Below, piece by piece: positions 9,612-21,753 of a stretch of 32,000 nt of DNA. The notes under the pieces are model-generated. The model was not told the DNA's origin, made no database searches, and saw only the letters and a program-made list of their open reading frames with translations. Source of the DNA: Mycobacterium leprae TN (GTDB lineage Bacteria; Actinomycetota; Actinomycetes; Mycobacteriales; Mycobacteriaceae); NCBI RefSeq assembly GCF_000195855.1, contig NC_002677.1:420001-452000 (forward strand), given 5' to 3'. The translations under genes and the position numbers were made by a program. How positions within the stretch are numbered: the stretch's first letter is position 1; each line of letters begins with the position of its first letter.

Positions 9612-11504
9612 GTAGCGACCGTCATCCGACGATTGGTCCGCACCGCGTAAGTTTGGTGCGCTGCTGGACACGTAATGTGGCCTCTGGGCCGAACGGGACT
9701 GTGGTGATCCTCGGCATGGAGGTGAGCTTGACTCCCTGAATCAAAGTGGCGCCGACGCTTGGCCACAAGTGTTGGCGGGTTTGGCTGACCTCGGATTGTT
9801 CGCTGTCGCCGTGTTTGAAGACTGTGGTGGGGCCGGCGGCAACATCGAGGATCTGGGCACGATGGTTGAGGAGGCGGCCAAGGCGCTGGTATCTGGGCCA
9901 GTTACCACCACTCCGTTGGCCATGTTGGTGGTCCCTAATCCAGAATTGCTGTATACGCCTGCCTCGGGTGAGAGCTTCGCTGGTCTGGTTAACCCGCGGA
10001 GGCGGTGACGCGGTACCAAGTGGCGGAGCTGGCTGTGAAGGTGCTTGCGGCTGAGGCAGCCGGCATGACACGCTGGCTCTTGGATACCGCCGTTGGATAC
10101 ACCTAAGGTGCGTAAGCAATTCGGTAAGCCGAAGAGACCGCCGACGATGCTGTTCGGACCGCTGCGGATTCCATTCACTCCCAGTTGTCTGTTGCGGCGG
10201 CGTTGTCCGCCGGTGTCATCCTAGTCGCTGCAAGGGCCAATGTCAAGACTGCATCTAGGTATTCGGTGGGATAGACTGCACCTGTTGGGACGACGTGCAT
10301 TTGTACCTGCTTAGAGGCCATGGCATTTGGTAGTGTCTGGGCGGAGCTGAGCGTTGATTGCGTAGCGTTTCTGCGTTGACCCGGTCGGTGTCCTTCGTCG
10401 CGTGGGCTTGGACGTGAAATGAGGTGTAGGCATGCGAACCGACATCGCCGTGGCCGTTGCTCAGGTCGCCACACTGCCTCACACTGCCTGAGCTGCTGCG
10501 CCAAGTGGTTTTTGTCGATGCCGGCTTGCTGGTGTGGCACTGGCCGGCACCCTATGGACGGGGTATCATCGGCCGAGCAGCTGCTGATCGATCAGGAGAT
10601 GTTGGCGGCCGGCATCGTGCGGCCGGACTTGGTGATCGGTTGGTGGGTGGCTCCGACCATTACTATTCTTGCGCACGGCATACCCGAACAGGTGCAGCGG
10701 TTTGTTCCGGCCACTATGTTCTGTGAATTCCTTTATTGCCAGCTGTTTTCCGGTTCTGCGGCTGGCTCTGATTTGGTGTCGTTGCGCACCAAGGCGGTAC
10801 GTACTGATGGCGGCTGTCTACTGACCGGCCATGAAGTCTCGGACGTCCAAGGTGTACCTGACGAGTGGGGTATGTGCCTAGCACGCACTGATCCAGATTC
10901 CCCGAAGCACAAAGGCATCATACTAACTTTCTTGTCGACATGACCGCCACCTGAATCGCGATCAGGGCGCTGCGCGATATCACCGGCGATGTGTTGTTAA
11001 ACGGAATTTTATTGGACAACGTGTTTGTTCCCGACGATATGGTTGTTGGCGTAGTGAACGACAGCTGGAAGCTGGCCCGCACCACGTTGCCGAACGAACG
11101 TGTCGCGATGGTCACCGGTACCGCGCTGGGCAATCCAATGGATAGAGCTATTTGAGATGCTGTCGGAACCTATAGCGATGTGGCCCGGCAAGACCCGGTT
11201 GGGGCGATTTCATAGTCCCCGCTGCGAACCGGCACGTTGCTGGACCAGCGCATCGTCCAGCTCGCCGCAGGCGGGGTCAGGACCCGGGGCGCAATCTAGC
11301 CCGTACGCAAACCCATGGGGTCCGTTACCGGCAGGCGCTGGCTGAATACATATGATGGACATGTCCGAGGGTGGCGTCCTCATGTAAAATTGCTTTGTGC
11401 ACTACTTCCTGAATACTCGGTGTCTGACTATTGCCGGAGGCACCGAAGAGATTTTGCTCACGGTGGCCGCTGAGCGACTGCTTGGCATGCCCCGCTAGCT
11501 CTTC
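9612..11504 (+). pseudogene. fadE34: Two-domain acyl-CoA dehydrogenase remnant (FadE34-like)
   Basis: AGLADLGLFAVAVFEDCGGAGGNIEDLGTMVEEAAKALVSGPVTTTPLAMLVV; LLIDQEMLAAGIVRPDLVIGWWVAPTI...FCQLFSGSAAGSDLVSLRTKAVRTDGGCLLTGHEV...ARTDPDSPKHKGI; LLNGILLDNVFVPDDMVVG; FLNTRCLTIAGGTEEILLTVAAERLLGMPR. Multiple stops and frameshifts. Confidence 0.85.
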
Positions 11505-11759
11505 TTTGGTGGTGAGATTCCGTTGTAGTTGTGGGTTTGCGAAGAGCACGATCGCGGGCACAATGTTTGGCGACGATACTAGGGGCGAGTTAGCGGTTCT
11601 CGCTGCAGGAGCAAATTTGCTTGCGAGCTACTAAGTCCTGAACTATTGGAACAATTGCCAGTTAGCATTCGCCCCCATTGCCGAAGGGATGTTGTAGCCG
11701 ACAGCAGCGAGCCGAGAGCACTGCTAAGAAAAAGTCGTCTGACTGCAGGGCAGAGTGAG

Positions 11760-12290
11760 AGTGACGCCAGGGTGGACTGCCTGGATGTGGGTGTAGACGA
11801 TGCTGTGCAAGTTCGCCTTCGGTTGGCCGGTCGATTAATAGATCGAATCGATGGTGATCTGGTACTTACCCGGCGAGCCTCCACCAAATAGTTATGGTGA
11901 TAATCACGTCGAACCCACCTGGGTTCATGATTTTATCGAACGGTCTGGTCGCATGGGTGTCCAAGAAGCCAACCGGTTTCATGACCGGATCTCGGTGGTT
12001 TGGTGGGCCCACAGAACCGGAGGAAATCCGGTTACACCGTCGGATGTACGCATTTTCGCCTTGGTAGTGAAGTTGCAACTTCCGGTTACTTTATGGCAAG
12101 CGAGCACGGCGTGCATTTCCAGCTGAGTCATGTTGTTGTCTGGGAGCACCGTGGTAACGGTGTTGCTGGTCGCCGCGGAGACTGGTGTGGACGCCAACAT
12201 CAGCATCAGTTCGACGACCACGCCGCTCCTGAACAGATGATGTATGCTGTTTTCTTTGGTTTTCGTCGCACTGGCTCTTCGGGAGAACTT
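11760..12290 (-). pseudogene. Conserved hypothetical remnant in the syntenic position of Rv3572
   Basis: Decayed minus-strand fragments (NTVTTVLPDNNMTQLEMHAVLACHKVTG..., GFPPVLWAHQTTEI) between the fadE34 and kshB pseudogenes. The assignment rests mostly on position. Confidence 0.4.
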
Positions 12291-12299
12291 GGCCCGGAT

Positions 12300-13335
12300 G
12301 CTACTTGTCGTAGATAACTTCATACTGACCCGGATTTCGGATGGGACTGACAAGCCAGGGTGAGGCTGTCGTCGACGGTTCCTGCTGCTCAAGGACGTCG
12401 TTGACTTCGTCGTTGCGCAAGGCGCACGCACACTTACTCCGGTGACCGTACCGGTACGAGAGTGGTGCGTTGAGGTCTGCCGCTAGTAACACATCGAGCA
12501 GCTTGGTGTGGCGTGGCTACGACACGGTGTGGGTTTGATCGTCTAGCTGCACCACCGCGTTAGCGAATGGCTCGTCGGTAGTGTCCTTAATTTTAACCGC
12601 TGCGAACGGGTCTGAATCCAGAGACTTTGACTACTTTGATGTGCACTTGCTGGGAAGTTAGTTTTCAGCATTGCCAAGGCGTCTCGCACTGTCTGCATGT
12701 ATGGTTCGGGCCCACAAATGAATGCCGGTCGGTGTAGGTAGCAGCTGGTTTCGCCAGCGCTCGGTAGTCCCTGCAGCGAATCCAGCCAGTGCATGACCGT
12801 CAGCCGATCGGGATATTTGTCGACTAACTCGCGCAACGGGTCGTCGAAGATCACCGCGCGCTCATAACGGTTGGCGTAAAGTACAGGCATTTGGCCGCTG
12901 TCCTCGGCAAGCGCTGACTTACAGTATTGACATGATCGGGATGATCTCACTGTCGGTGGCCATCAAGAGAAAGTCGTCATCCAGTGTTTTGGGCACGAAA
13001 TTGCCCGAAAGAGCCAGCACATAAGTGCCCATACCCTGGTGGGTGTGGTTGCACAAACAGTTGGGCGTGTATCCGTTCGCGGTACGTTTCACCGTGACAG
13101 CGGGCGCGTCTTCGGTGACTGTGTTCAACGAGTAGCCAGCCGGTAAGGTCGTTGGAAATATGTAGCGTCAAAAGCTGGCCGGCGTGTAGCGTAGCCGGTC
13201 CGGTGCGATGACTTGGCCGTCTGGTTCCTTCGGCACCGTTAACATCAGCGACTGTACGTCGTCGGTGTCGGTAACGACCTCGGCGATCTGTAGTCCAAGT
13301 ACATGGCTGCCGAGCGGTTCATCAGGATATAGTCT
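12300..13335 (-). pseudogene. kshB: 3-ketosteroid 9-alpha-hydroxylase reductase remnant (KshB)
   Basis: PDRLRYTPA; TEDAPAVTVKRTANGYTPNCLCNHTHQGM; LSGNFVPKTLDDDFLLMATDSEIIPIMSI; CKSALAEDSGQMPVLYANRYERAVIFDDPLRELVDKYPDRLTVMHWLDSLQGLPSA; RPAFICGPEPYMQTVRDAL; NDVLEQQ. Ferredoxin-reductase-type protein spread over several frames. Confidence 0.9.
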
Positions 13336-13371
13336 CGGTCAATACCCGCTCTCCTCCTTCCAACATAACTA

Positions 13372-13385
13372 AGAACATGTTAGAG
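13372..13385. promoter_or_regulatory. Degenerate KstR-like operator (aagaacatgttaga)
   Basis: One substitution (first T to A) from TNNAACNNGTTNNA, between divergent kshB and hsaA pseudogenes. A weaker second candidate, cggaacgtgtccta, lies at 13440-13453. Confidence 0.5.
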
Positions 13386-13559
13386 AAAACAGGATTCGTG
13401 TCGCTATCAGTAGCAGGAAAACTCTGATCGATACGCACCGGAACGTGTCCTAGCCTTGCCTTTCTCTAGGTTTTCATCAGGTTTTATATTGTCCGGCCTT
13501 ACCGGGCTCCGCCACGGGCCAGCAGGTTGTCCGGTATGCACTCCCAGAGGCAAGCGTAA

Positions 13560-14730
13560 GTGACGTCCGTTCAACAGTGTGATGCGCAGTCAACCTTGAT
13601 CGCCATTTGATGGTTTGCTTACTCAGATTCGTCAGTGCGCCCAAGCGGCCAAGGATCTGCAGAGGCTGCTGAACGACACCGTCAAAGCCCGGCGCCTCTG
13701 TCGGCTTCTTCACCCGCTTGTAGCCCGAGCAGCAGGGAGGTCTGCAGTGCGATACGACACTGTTCTATCTAGACGACGCGCCGGTTTGTTAGCGCATGTT
13801 GGTTCTACCGGCTGGGTGAGTTCAATAGTCGGCTGTGCACAACCGGAATTTGGCACCGTTTGACCAGCTGGCTTAGAAGGAGGTCTGGTGCGAGAACCCG
13901 AAACGTGGATTTCGTCGTTATACGCACCAATGGGTTCCGGTGTCGTGGTCGAGGGCGGTTACCTGCATTAGCAGCTCGTGGAATTGGTCGTCGGGCTGTG
14001 ATTATGCTAGCTGTATATTCGTGGGTCGCCCGGTCACTAAGGACGGCCGGTGGGTGGCCTTCGGCAGCTTTTTGATCCCGCACACCGAATACGAAATTGA
14101 CGACACCTGGTATGGGGTCGGTTTTTCAGGATATCAAATACTAATACGTCGGTGATCAAAGATGTCTTCGTGCTTTGGCGCCGGTTCCTGTACTGCAAAG
14201 TGATGAACAACCACACCGCCGGAAGGTTGCAGACGAATATCGTTACTTTGTACTCAATTCCTTGAGCTATAATGTAGCCATGCTCCTATCGTGGGTATGC
14301 CTTATGCCGTGCATGTGGAGCATCAGAGCAAGCGGGTGTGTGCGGCGTTCGTGGGAGAGAAGTCCAAGGATGACTCGTTCGCCAGGGTTCGCATTGCCCT
14401 AGGCGGTTAGCGATATTAATGCCGCGTGGCGTCAGCTGATTGGCAATGTCTGCTACGAGTAAGTATTACTGGTCGTCGGCAAGGAGATTCCCTTTGAGTT
14501 ACGTGCTTGCATACGCGCTACTAGGTATATGTTACTGGCCTGTCGATCGTCTCGATCGACAGGCTGTTCGCGGACTCTGGTGCTACCTGGTTGGCCAATG
14601 ATCTTTAAAATCAACGGCTCTGATGCGATGCGTACACAAGCTAGGTTCATGATTCTAGCGATCCCGAACGTTCCTATGTGATTTTCTGGACAAGCGAGTT
14701 CTAGTGGCCACCCGGTGATACGGTGGTCAT
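13560..14730 (+). pseudogene. hsaA: 3-HSA hydroxylase oxygenase component remnant (HsaA)
   Basis: VTSVQQCDAQSTLIAI; GSTGWVSSIVG; SWNWSSGCDYASCIFVGRPVTKDGRWVAFGSFLIPHTEYEIDDTWYGVGF; VIKDVFV; IVSIDRLFADSGATWLAND; DPERSYVIF; PPGDTVV. Order is collinear with HsaA; multiple frameshifts and stops. Confidence 0.9.
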
Positions 14731-14749
14731 GCGCCATGGCCGCCCACCG

Positions 14750-15285
<536 letters not shown>

Positions 15286-15452
15286 GCCGCGATTGCCGGG
15301 TGCACTATTACCGTTGGCCTGGCTAGACTCTCACGTGCTTGTGACGCGACTACTGCAGATTGTTTTATTTTTCGGGAAGTTTCAGCAATCCTCCAGAGCG
15401 CGCGGCAAAGATAGTGAAGTTACCCTGTTAGATCTTGGGTAGAGGGGACGAT

Positions 15453-15503
15453 GGCTGGCGATGTTCGCCGACGACGACGTCGTCGGCGAACATCGCCAGC
15501 CAG
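15453..15503. repeat. Perfect inverted repeat, 23-bp arms, 5-nt loop
   Basis: tggctggcgatgttcgccgacga / cgacg / tcgtcggcgaacatcgccagcca. Confidence 0.95.
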
Positions 15504-15939
15504 GTTTCTTTATCTTTGGCTTGTAACGCTTTGCGGGATCGGCGGTTGGCGTCATGCGCGGGGTGTTTTATTTGCGTTTATGCGTTTGTTCTCTCGTGTA
15601 TCTTTTCCTGCTTGTCGGCGTTGGCTATCCACATAGAGTAATACTGTGAGCAGTTGCCGTCATTATACGCTAAATCATTTCGTACTAAGGGAACTTGGTG
15701 ATAACCGACCTTGCCCACCATTTGGGTAGCCGATTAGACGAAACGGATCAAGCCAGAGGCACCTATTGGGTTCGACGACAGCCCTACTGCTAAATGGGTG
15801 CACCGGAATCTATCTGCCTATCGTGATCTTCCCGGCTTTAGTGATTTTCCAGCCTTCGCTCTAGTTAGTAAAGCTGATGTTTGCCAAGCAAGTCGGTTCA
15901 AACCATGAGAAGGGTACGTAGATTCCAGCGACGTCGATC

Positions 15940-17190
15940 TAGTCGATGGGACTGGTAATGCCAGCGGAACTTACATAATGCGGCGGTAGCTTAAAGCCCA
16001 GCTTGCGGAATGACTTGGTTGCGCTCGGAGAATGCCAGCGGTTCAGTGCGCAACGTGGTGTCATGGATCCAGACAACCGTATGTCCTTGTGCCAATCTTG
16101 CATCAGCGACCTGTTCGTAGCCGGTAACCACAGCGTATGCGCTATCAGACGATGGGTAAGGTCTCGTTGTAGTTGATCTGATTCCAAAGTCTGGGAGAAC
16201 TACATCACCTTCTTGATGGTTATGTCGGATTGCTGCAAAGTCGTCAGTGGGTGGTGGTTGCCGTTGAGTCGGTACCACCGCGCCGGTGTTTGTCGATGCA
16301 CTCGAGTGTCGGATGTAGGCTCGCACGTGCGGCGCGAAATATTTTCCTGCGCTGGTGCCCACCCGGTTTGATGAATGGAATAGGAATCGATAACGTCTAC
16401 ACGGCATTTGATTCCGATTGCTTCTTTTAAGTAATCCCCAGCATCCGCAGAAATTTTCCGGACTGCACGATACTCATAGCCACCACCCCGGTTGAGCCGC
16501 CCATCGAACCCGCGTTATGCACCTTTTATCAATGGATTGTCGGTTGCCCCATGGTGTCGGCTATAAACAACTTCAGCATCATGACGCCCTCGAAGAACTC
16601 GGGGGTCTTGCCGCCAACTGACAATGAGAGCGTTGATGTCGTCGCGGGGTTGGCAAGTACTAGGCTGATGGCTTCGCAGACCAGGCTGTTCATTGGAATG
16701 TATTGGTGCTTCGCGACGTACATTGTCTGTCCGGTGCTAAGGTACCTCTTTCAGGTGTGCACCTGCTTCGGCCAGTGACACCTGAATATGGCAACAGCGG
16801 CGCAACGGTGTAGGGGTCGGTCTGCCGTGACAAGATGCTACGCAGTGTTTCAGACGAGGACTTCTCTAATCTGTACACTAGCGCGGTGTCGACCTCATCG
16901 CTTAGCAATTTGGTGTAGGCTCCGTGGGGCGTTTTATATCTGCAATAGACTCGATCGGCGTCACAGCGCCGATCGAGTCTATTGCAGATATAAATAAAAT
17001 TTTTTAAATAAACAATTTTTTCGGCTAAGGTAATCCGACAAACCAGGGCACCCGGAAGCCAATACTGGTCTTGGTGATGACCAGCTCATCGTAAAGCTTG
17101 GGTCAAATACGACATCAACATTTCGACGCCGTTTAGTGCGGCGGACATGCGGCGCGTGGGTGAAGCCGACCATCGGAACGTTGCGAGCAC
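15940..17190 (-). pseudogene. Thiolase-like / lipid-transfer protein remnant (Rv3522 ltp4-like)
   Basis: MVGFTHAPHVRRT; GCPGLSDYL; FISAIDSIGAVTPI; YTKLLSDEVDTALVY; KSSSETLRSILSRQTDPYTVAPL. SCP-x/thiolase-type motifs in broken frames. Confidence 0.75.
16933..16994. repeat. Perfect inverted repeat, 28-bp arms, 6-nt loop, inside the ltp-type pseudogene
   Basis: tttatatctgcaatagactcgatcggcg / tcacag / cgccgatcgagtctattgcagatataaa. Confidence 0.97.
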
Positions 17191-17214
17191 TCATTATAAA
17201 TTAAGCCCTTTACA

Positions 17215-18055
17215 TTATATGATGATGCTTATAGCTGTCGTAGTCGGTGTCGGATTCCCTGGTAGACTGGAAGTACTTGATGTTATTGATGTTACACCCT
17301 GTGCAAGGTTTCCATACCGCCTTGACACGCATAACTATCCGCACCTTGTGTGCGTCGATTTCAGAGACCAGGTGTAAGGACGGGATGTAGGCCGTCAGCA
17401 CATAGGCAGGCCATGTAAGGCGTTTTGATGCGCTGGGCTATTAACGGTATATTGATGATCGCAAACGTCGTCACTGTACTCTTATCCGGTAGTTCGACGA
17501 ATTCAGTGGTGAGCAGACCAGTGTCCCGGTAGGCGTTATGCAGAGGTAAATACACTTTCCCGTTGAGGGGCCGGAACACTGGGTTCGAGCACTGAGCAAT
17601 TTTCTCTTGGAGATGGCTTGTTAAGTATGCGCTTTCTTTGTGCTAGGAGGTGTGCTGAATTGTAAGCTCGATTGGTGTTATCGATAATGGTGACAGAATC
17701 CTGTTCACTGGTTGCTCGCTCTGTTAATCGGCTCGGGTTCTCCGCCCAGCGCGAAGTATGTGATGTAGGTTATGGCGCTCGCTGGTTGTTTGGACCAATA
17801 CACATGTACCCGGGCTCTGGCGCGTATCGCTGAAGGGTAGGTAGTTCTCAACTTCTACGTATGACGTGTAACATCTTTGGCGTTGGCTCCGCCGAGCTTG
17901 ATCAGCGCCCATGACGAACGGTCGGTCCGGCGACTCAGTCTGCCAAGTCCAGGATGTGACCGTGTCGCCAGCTGGCACTGGCTATTATCTCGCCCAGATG
18001 GCTCATAGGTAACTGGGTCGTATTCCGCGGAAGGCACATGCACTTGGCTATACAA
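17215..18055 (-). pseudogene. DUF35/OB-fold (acyl-CoA-associated) protein remnant, Rv3521-like
   Basis: KVYLPLHNAYRDTGLLTTEFVELPDKSTVTTFAIINIPLIAQRIKTPYMACL; HKVRIVMRVKAVWKP; DTDYDSYKH. DUF35-type C-terminal domain with frameshifts. Confidence 0.7.
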
Positions 18056-18222
18056 ATCCCCGCGCCTCAGGATGTCACACTCAACGCGTGGTGAAAAACC
18101 TGTTCAGCTTGGAGCCTACCGAACGGGTGTAGTCGAAAGGCAACGTCAGTGGCGCGGAGAGAATTGGTTCGGAGTGGTCGATCTAAGGATGTGCGGCTCG
18201 AACTGGTTGTCACGTCTTTGTT

Positions 18223-18236
18223 TAGAATCGGTTCTA
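18223..18236. promoter_or_regulatory. Degenerate KstR-like operator (tagaatcggttcta)
   Basis: One substitution from TAGAAC-NN-GTTCTA, 46 nt upstream of the intact F420-dependent oxidoreductase start and in the divergent gap with the Rv3521-like pseudogene. Confidence 0.65.
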
Positions 18237-18282
18237 AGAGCGGTTTCAATAAGGTTGGGTTTTGGTGGAAAGGGCGAACGCC

Positions 18283-19314
18283 ATGAAGCTTGGGCTGCAG
18301 TTGGGATATTGGGCTGCTCAACCGCCAGGAAACGCTGCCGAACTCGTGGCCGCGGCGGAGGGCGCCGGATTCGACGCAGTATTCACCGGGGAAGCGTGGG
18401 GATCCGATGCTTACACGCCGCTGGCGTGGTGGGGCTCGTCCACGCAGCGGGTGCGGCTGGGCACGTCGGTGGTCCAACTGTCGGCGCGAACCCCGACGGC
18501 ATGCGCGATGGCTGCGCTGACGCTGGACCATCTGTCCGGTGGACGCCATATTCTCGGGCTTGGTGTGTCCGGCCCACAGGTGGTCGAGGGTTGGTATGGC
18601 CAGCCGTTTCCAAAGCCATTGTCCCGCACCCGTGAATACATTGACATTGTCCGCCAAGTGTGGGCCAGGGAAGCGCCGGTGGTCAGCGACGGTCAGCACT
18701 ACCCGTTGCCGCTGACCGGTGCTGGTGCGACGGGTTTAGGCAAAGCGTTGAAACCCATCACCCATCCGCTGCGCGCAGACATTCCGATTATGCTGGGTGC
18801 CGAGGGGCCGAAGAACGTGGCGCTGGCCGCCGAGATCTGCGACGGCTGGCTACCAATTTTCTTTTCTCCCCGGATGGCTGACATGTACAACGAATGGCTC
18901 GACGAGGGGTTCGCCCGGACGGGCGCGCGGCGCAGCCGTGAGGACTTCGAGATCTGTGCGTCCGCTCAGATCGTTGTTACCGAAGACCGCGCGGCTGCGT
19001 TTGCCGGAATTAAGCCGTTCCTGGCACTTTACATGGGCGGTATGGGTGCTGAGGGCACCAACTTTCACGCCGACGTCTATCGTCGGATGGGCTATGCTGA
19101 GGTGGTCGACGAGGTGACTGCGCTGTTCCGGTCCAACCAGAAGGACAAGGCGGCCGAGATCATCCCCAACGAGCTCGTCGACAGCACTATGATCGTCGGT
19201 GACGTGGACTATGTGTGTAAGCAGATCGCGGCCTGGTCAGCCGCAGGGGTTACCATGATGATGGTGTCTGCTTCTAGCGTAGAGCAGGTTCGAGACCTGG
19301 CTGGGCTGTTCTGA
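18283..19314 (+). CDS. LLM-class F420-dependent oxidoreductase (Rv3520c-like)
   Basis: MKLGLQLGYWAAQPPGNAAELVAAAEGAGFDAVFTGEAWGSDAYTPLAWWG...IPIMLGAEGPKNVALAAEICDGWLP. Intact luciferase-like fold; the listed ORF begins at 18262. Confidence 0.93.
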   Translation: MKLGLQLGYWAAQPPGNAAELVAAAEGAGFDAVFTGEAWGSDAYTPLAWWGSSTQRVRLGTSVVQLSARTPTACAMAALTLDHLSGGRHILGLGVSGPQVVEGWYGQPFPKPLSRTREYIDIVRQVWAREAPVVSDGQHYPLPLTGAGATGLGKALKPITHPLRADIPIMLGAEGPKNVALAAEICDGWLPIFFSPRMADMYNEWLDEGFARTGARRSREDFEICASAQIVVTEDRAAAFAGIKPFLALYMGGMGAEGTNFHADVYRRMGYAEVVDEVTALFRSNQKDKAAEIIPNELVDSTMIVGDVDYVCKQIAAWSAAGVTMMMVSASSVEQVRDLAGLF

Positions 19315-19334
19315 CCGCATCCTTGCTAGGCGAT

Positions 19335-19865
19335 TAGAACGCCTTCTAGATTGACCGGATGGCGTTTGCTTCAGAATCCGTGAGTGTCGCCGGAAGACCA
19401 TATCCACGTTGGCCACCGACTACGACATCAGCGCGCTTGACCAGCCCCGGAGAGACAAGTTCCCTGGCATGCGGATGGTCGCTCAGCCGCACACTTGCCT
19501 CGCCAAATCGGTTTTGTAGACTCTATACTTCTTTTCCCAAGGGATTTCCCAGGTGACGTTGTCCAAGTGGGAGTACGTCTTTAACATCCGCGGCGCTCTT
19601 GTTTCCTGCCCAGTCGGCACGGGCAGACCGGGCCGGAATTCGATTCCGGCGATCAGCTGGCAGTCGGCGCGGACATTGAAGGCGAACGTTTTTCCCTTTC
19701 GGACAATCGAGACAATCGAAGAGCAAGGCTACGCTGTTGCCGACTGTTGAGAGTGACGGTGGCACTAATGGTAAGAAATGTTGACCAGGTGAAACGTGAC
19801 ACGCAACCCCGGGTTCACGAGTGCTTCTGGAGTTTGTCGGTGAGCTTGCAGGCACGTCAACCACC
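19335..19865 (-). pseudogene. Decayed hypothetical CDS (syntenic position of Rv3519)
   Basis: Minus-strand coding-like stretch RKGKTFAFNVRADCQLIAGIEFRPGLPVPTGQETRAPRMLKTYSHLDNVTWEIPWEKKYRVYKTDLARQV. I cannot name the family; the assignment is positional. Confidence 0.35.
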
Positions 19866-21735
19866 AGGGGGTGGTGAACCGTGTTCGTCACGGCGGCGCC
19901 AGTCTAGTCTCGTGGCCTGATGTCCGTTTCTTAATGCAGCCGCCCAGAGGGCACGGGTGGCGTTGAGCGAGGACATGAACACGCTGGTGATGCTAACAGT
20001 CTGGATGAGTAGGGGCCGGCGCCCATCGAGGAGAACTTGCCAGCCTAATAGAATGTTGGAGGTAGATGTGTACACTGGCGAGTTTGCTAATTGGCTGGGA
20101 ACCAGCGCCATGGCGATACGGTACTGCGTGTCAATAGGACTCGTGGCGCACATCCTCTGGTTACCGCTACATATACAGTGCCACCGAAGTTGACCGGCTC
20201 ACTTTCATCAAAACAACTCAGCGACTCGGGCTGATTCTAGGTGAGCTTCTCGCGTTACGCGATCGTAGCTAACTCTTCTTGCGGGTACGTGGTCCTCGAT
20301 CACAAGTTCGCCGAGATCGACCAACGGTTGTCGAAATGAGCCGGCCGCGTGAACAACTGGTCACCGCGCAATCACTAACCCCGCAGCGGTCCACCGCTGA
20401 AACCAGTTGCTAACGCGGAATTATCGAGCACACTTCTTTTCCTATGCAACAAACTGGCTCACAGTGAGGTTGCGGTCTGTCTCAGTTGGGTAGGCCGCCC
20501 CGGGGTCCTTGCTAGAGTCGCTGTCCGATGCTGGGCTGCTAGTGTCTGCCGGTCCGGCGTACGGCCCTGGCAGCATGCGGTGAATGTGCTGCTCACGACT
20601 ACCGTAGTCACTGATGCTGTCCCGGACCGGGTCGCCGCGTCGGTACCATTCTCTCACAGATTGTGTATGATTACTTCGCAGTCCGGGCGGGCTAGTTTTC
20701 CTGTTCCCGCACCAGGCTAGCGGTCGGTTCGCACACCGGGCATCCCGCCACGAACACTTCCACGTGGCGCTTCGCTACCATCATCACCTCCAACCCCCGA
20801 CGCTACGGCTTCCATCCAACTGGAAAGTCCAGTCCGACCCAGGCCAAGCGCGACGTTTCACGTCACCGAATCCATCGTGCCTTAGATCTGGCATGCCAGT
20901 CGTGCCGCAGCGCTCGTTCGAAAATAGTCGAGGTGAGCAGATAAGCAACGGCTCTCCACCGCCGCTGGTATGTCGGTCTGCCATGTATCGGTTGACGCGG
21001 TTGGGCGTCCAGTATTACTCTACTGTTATTAGCATGTCGTAGGCCTAGCTTCTATATGGGTGACAATCAAAGGGCAGGTAACGATTCCGCTGTAGGTGCG
21101 GCACACGTTTGGGGTCGAGTTGGGTTCCGAAGTCGAATTTGAACTCGGCGATCGAGGGTTGTGGCCGGTGTGTGTGCGAAAACTGCACGAGGCAAGACTA
21201 TATACACGCCGGATACGCGGCCGCGTACCAGGCACAAGGGGGTATTGACGAAATCATCATGACGCTTACTCACTACGATGAATAGCTTGACGGTGGCAGG
21301 TAGACTCGTCGATTCAGATTTGCTGCTGGACCTTTTCACCGACGACCCCTGGTGGTGCGACTGCTCTGAGACAGAGCTGGCCGATGACTTTGACTGTGGG
21401 GCAAAATTACCAATCCGATCATATGCTTGAGAGTATCAATGCGATTTTGAGCTGATTCAGAGCCCGGAGCATGCATTGCCGAGGAATTTGAGTGTGAAGC
21501 TTTGTAATGGGAAGCCTCCTTCCTTTTTGGCCGGAAAATGTTTCATCGATTACCAGTGACTCAGAGGCCAGAAGCGTTTGTTGCTGCCGGATTTGTACAT
21601 TGGTGCCCGCATCGCAGTGACTAGCCTTACCGTGCGACATGCGATCCCCCGCGTTATCGCTCGTGTTTTCAGCGGCTTGAGCTGACCTTGCTATGAACGT
21701 CGCTCATCTGCAGTAGTTGGCTGAGCGTTGCATGC

Positions 21736-21753
21736 TGAATTATATATAATTCA
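21736..21753. repeat. 18-bp perfect palindrome (tgaattatatataattca)
   Basis: Read directly; AT-rich self-complementary sequence. Confidence 0.85.

Noticed and set aside
10419-10943. 174-aa plus ORF as an intact acyl-CoA dehydrogenase
   Set aside because: Only a central piece of a two-domain FadE34-like protein, with more collinear fragments in other frames on both sides.
18290-19117. Alternative-frame ORFs within the F420-dependent oxidoreductase gene
   Set aside because: Explained by GC-rich codon bias of the true CDS.
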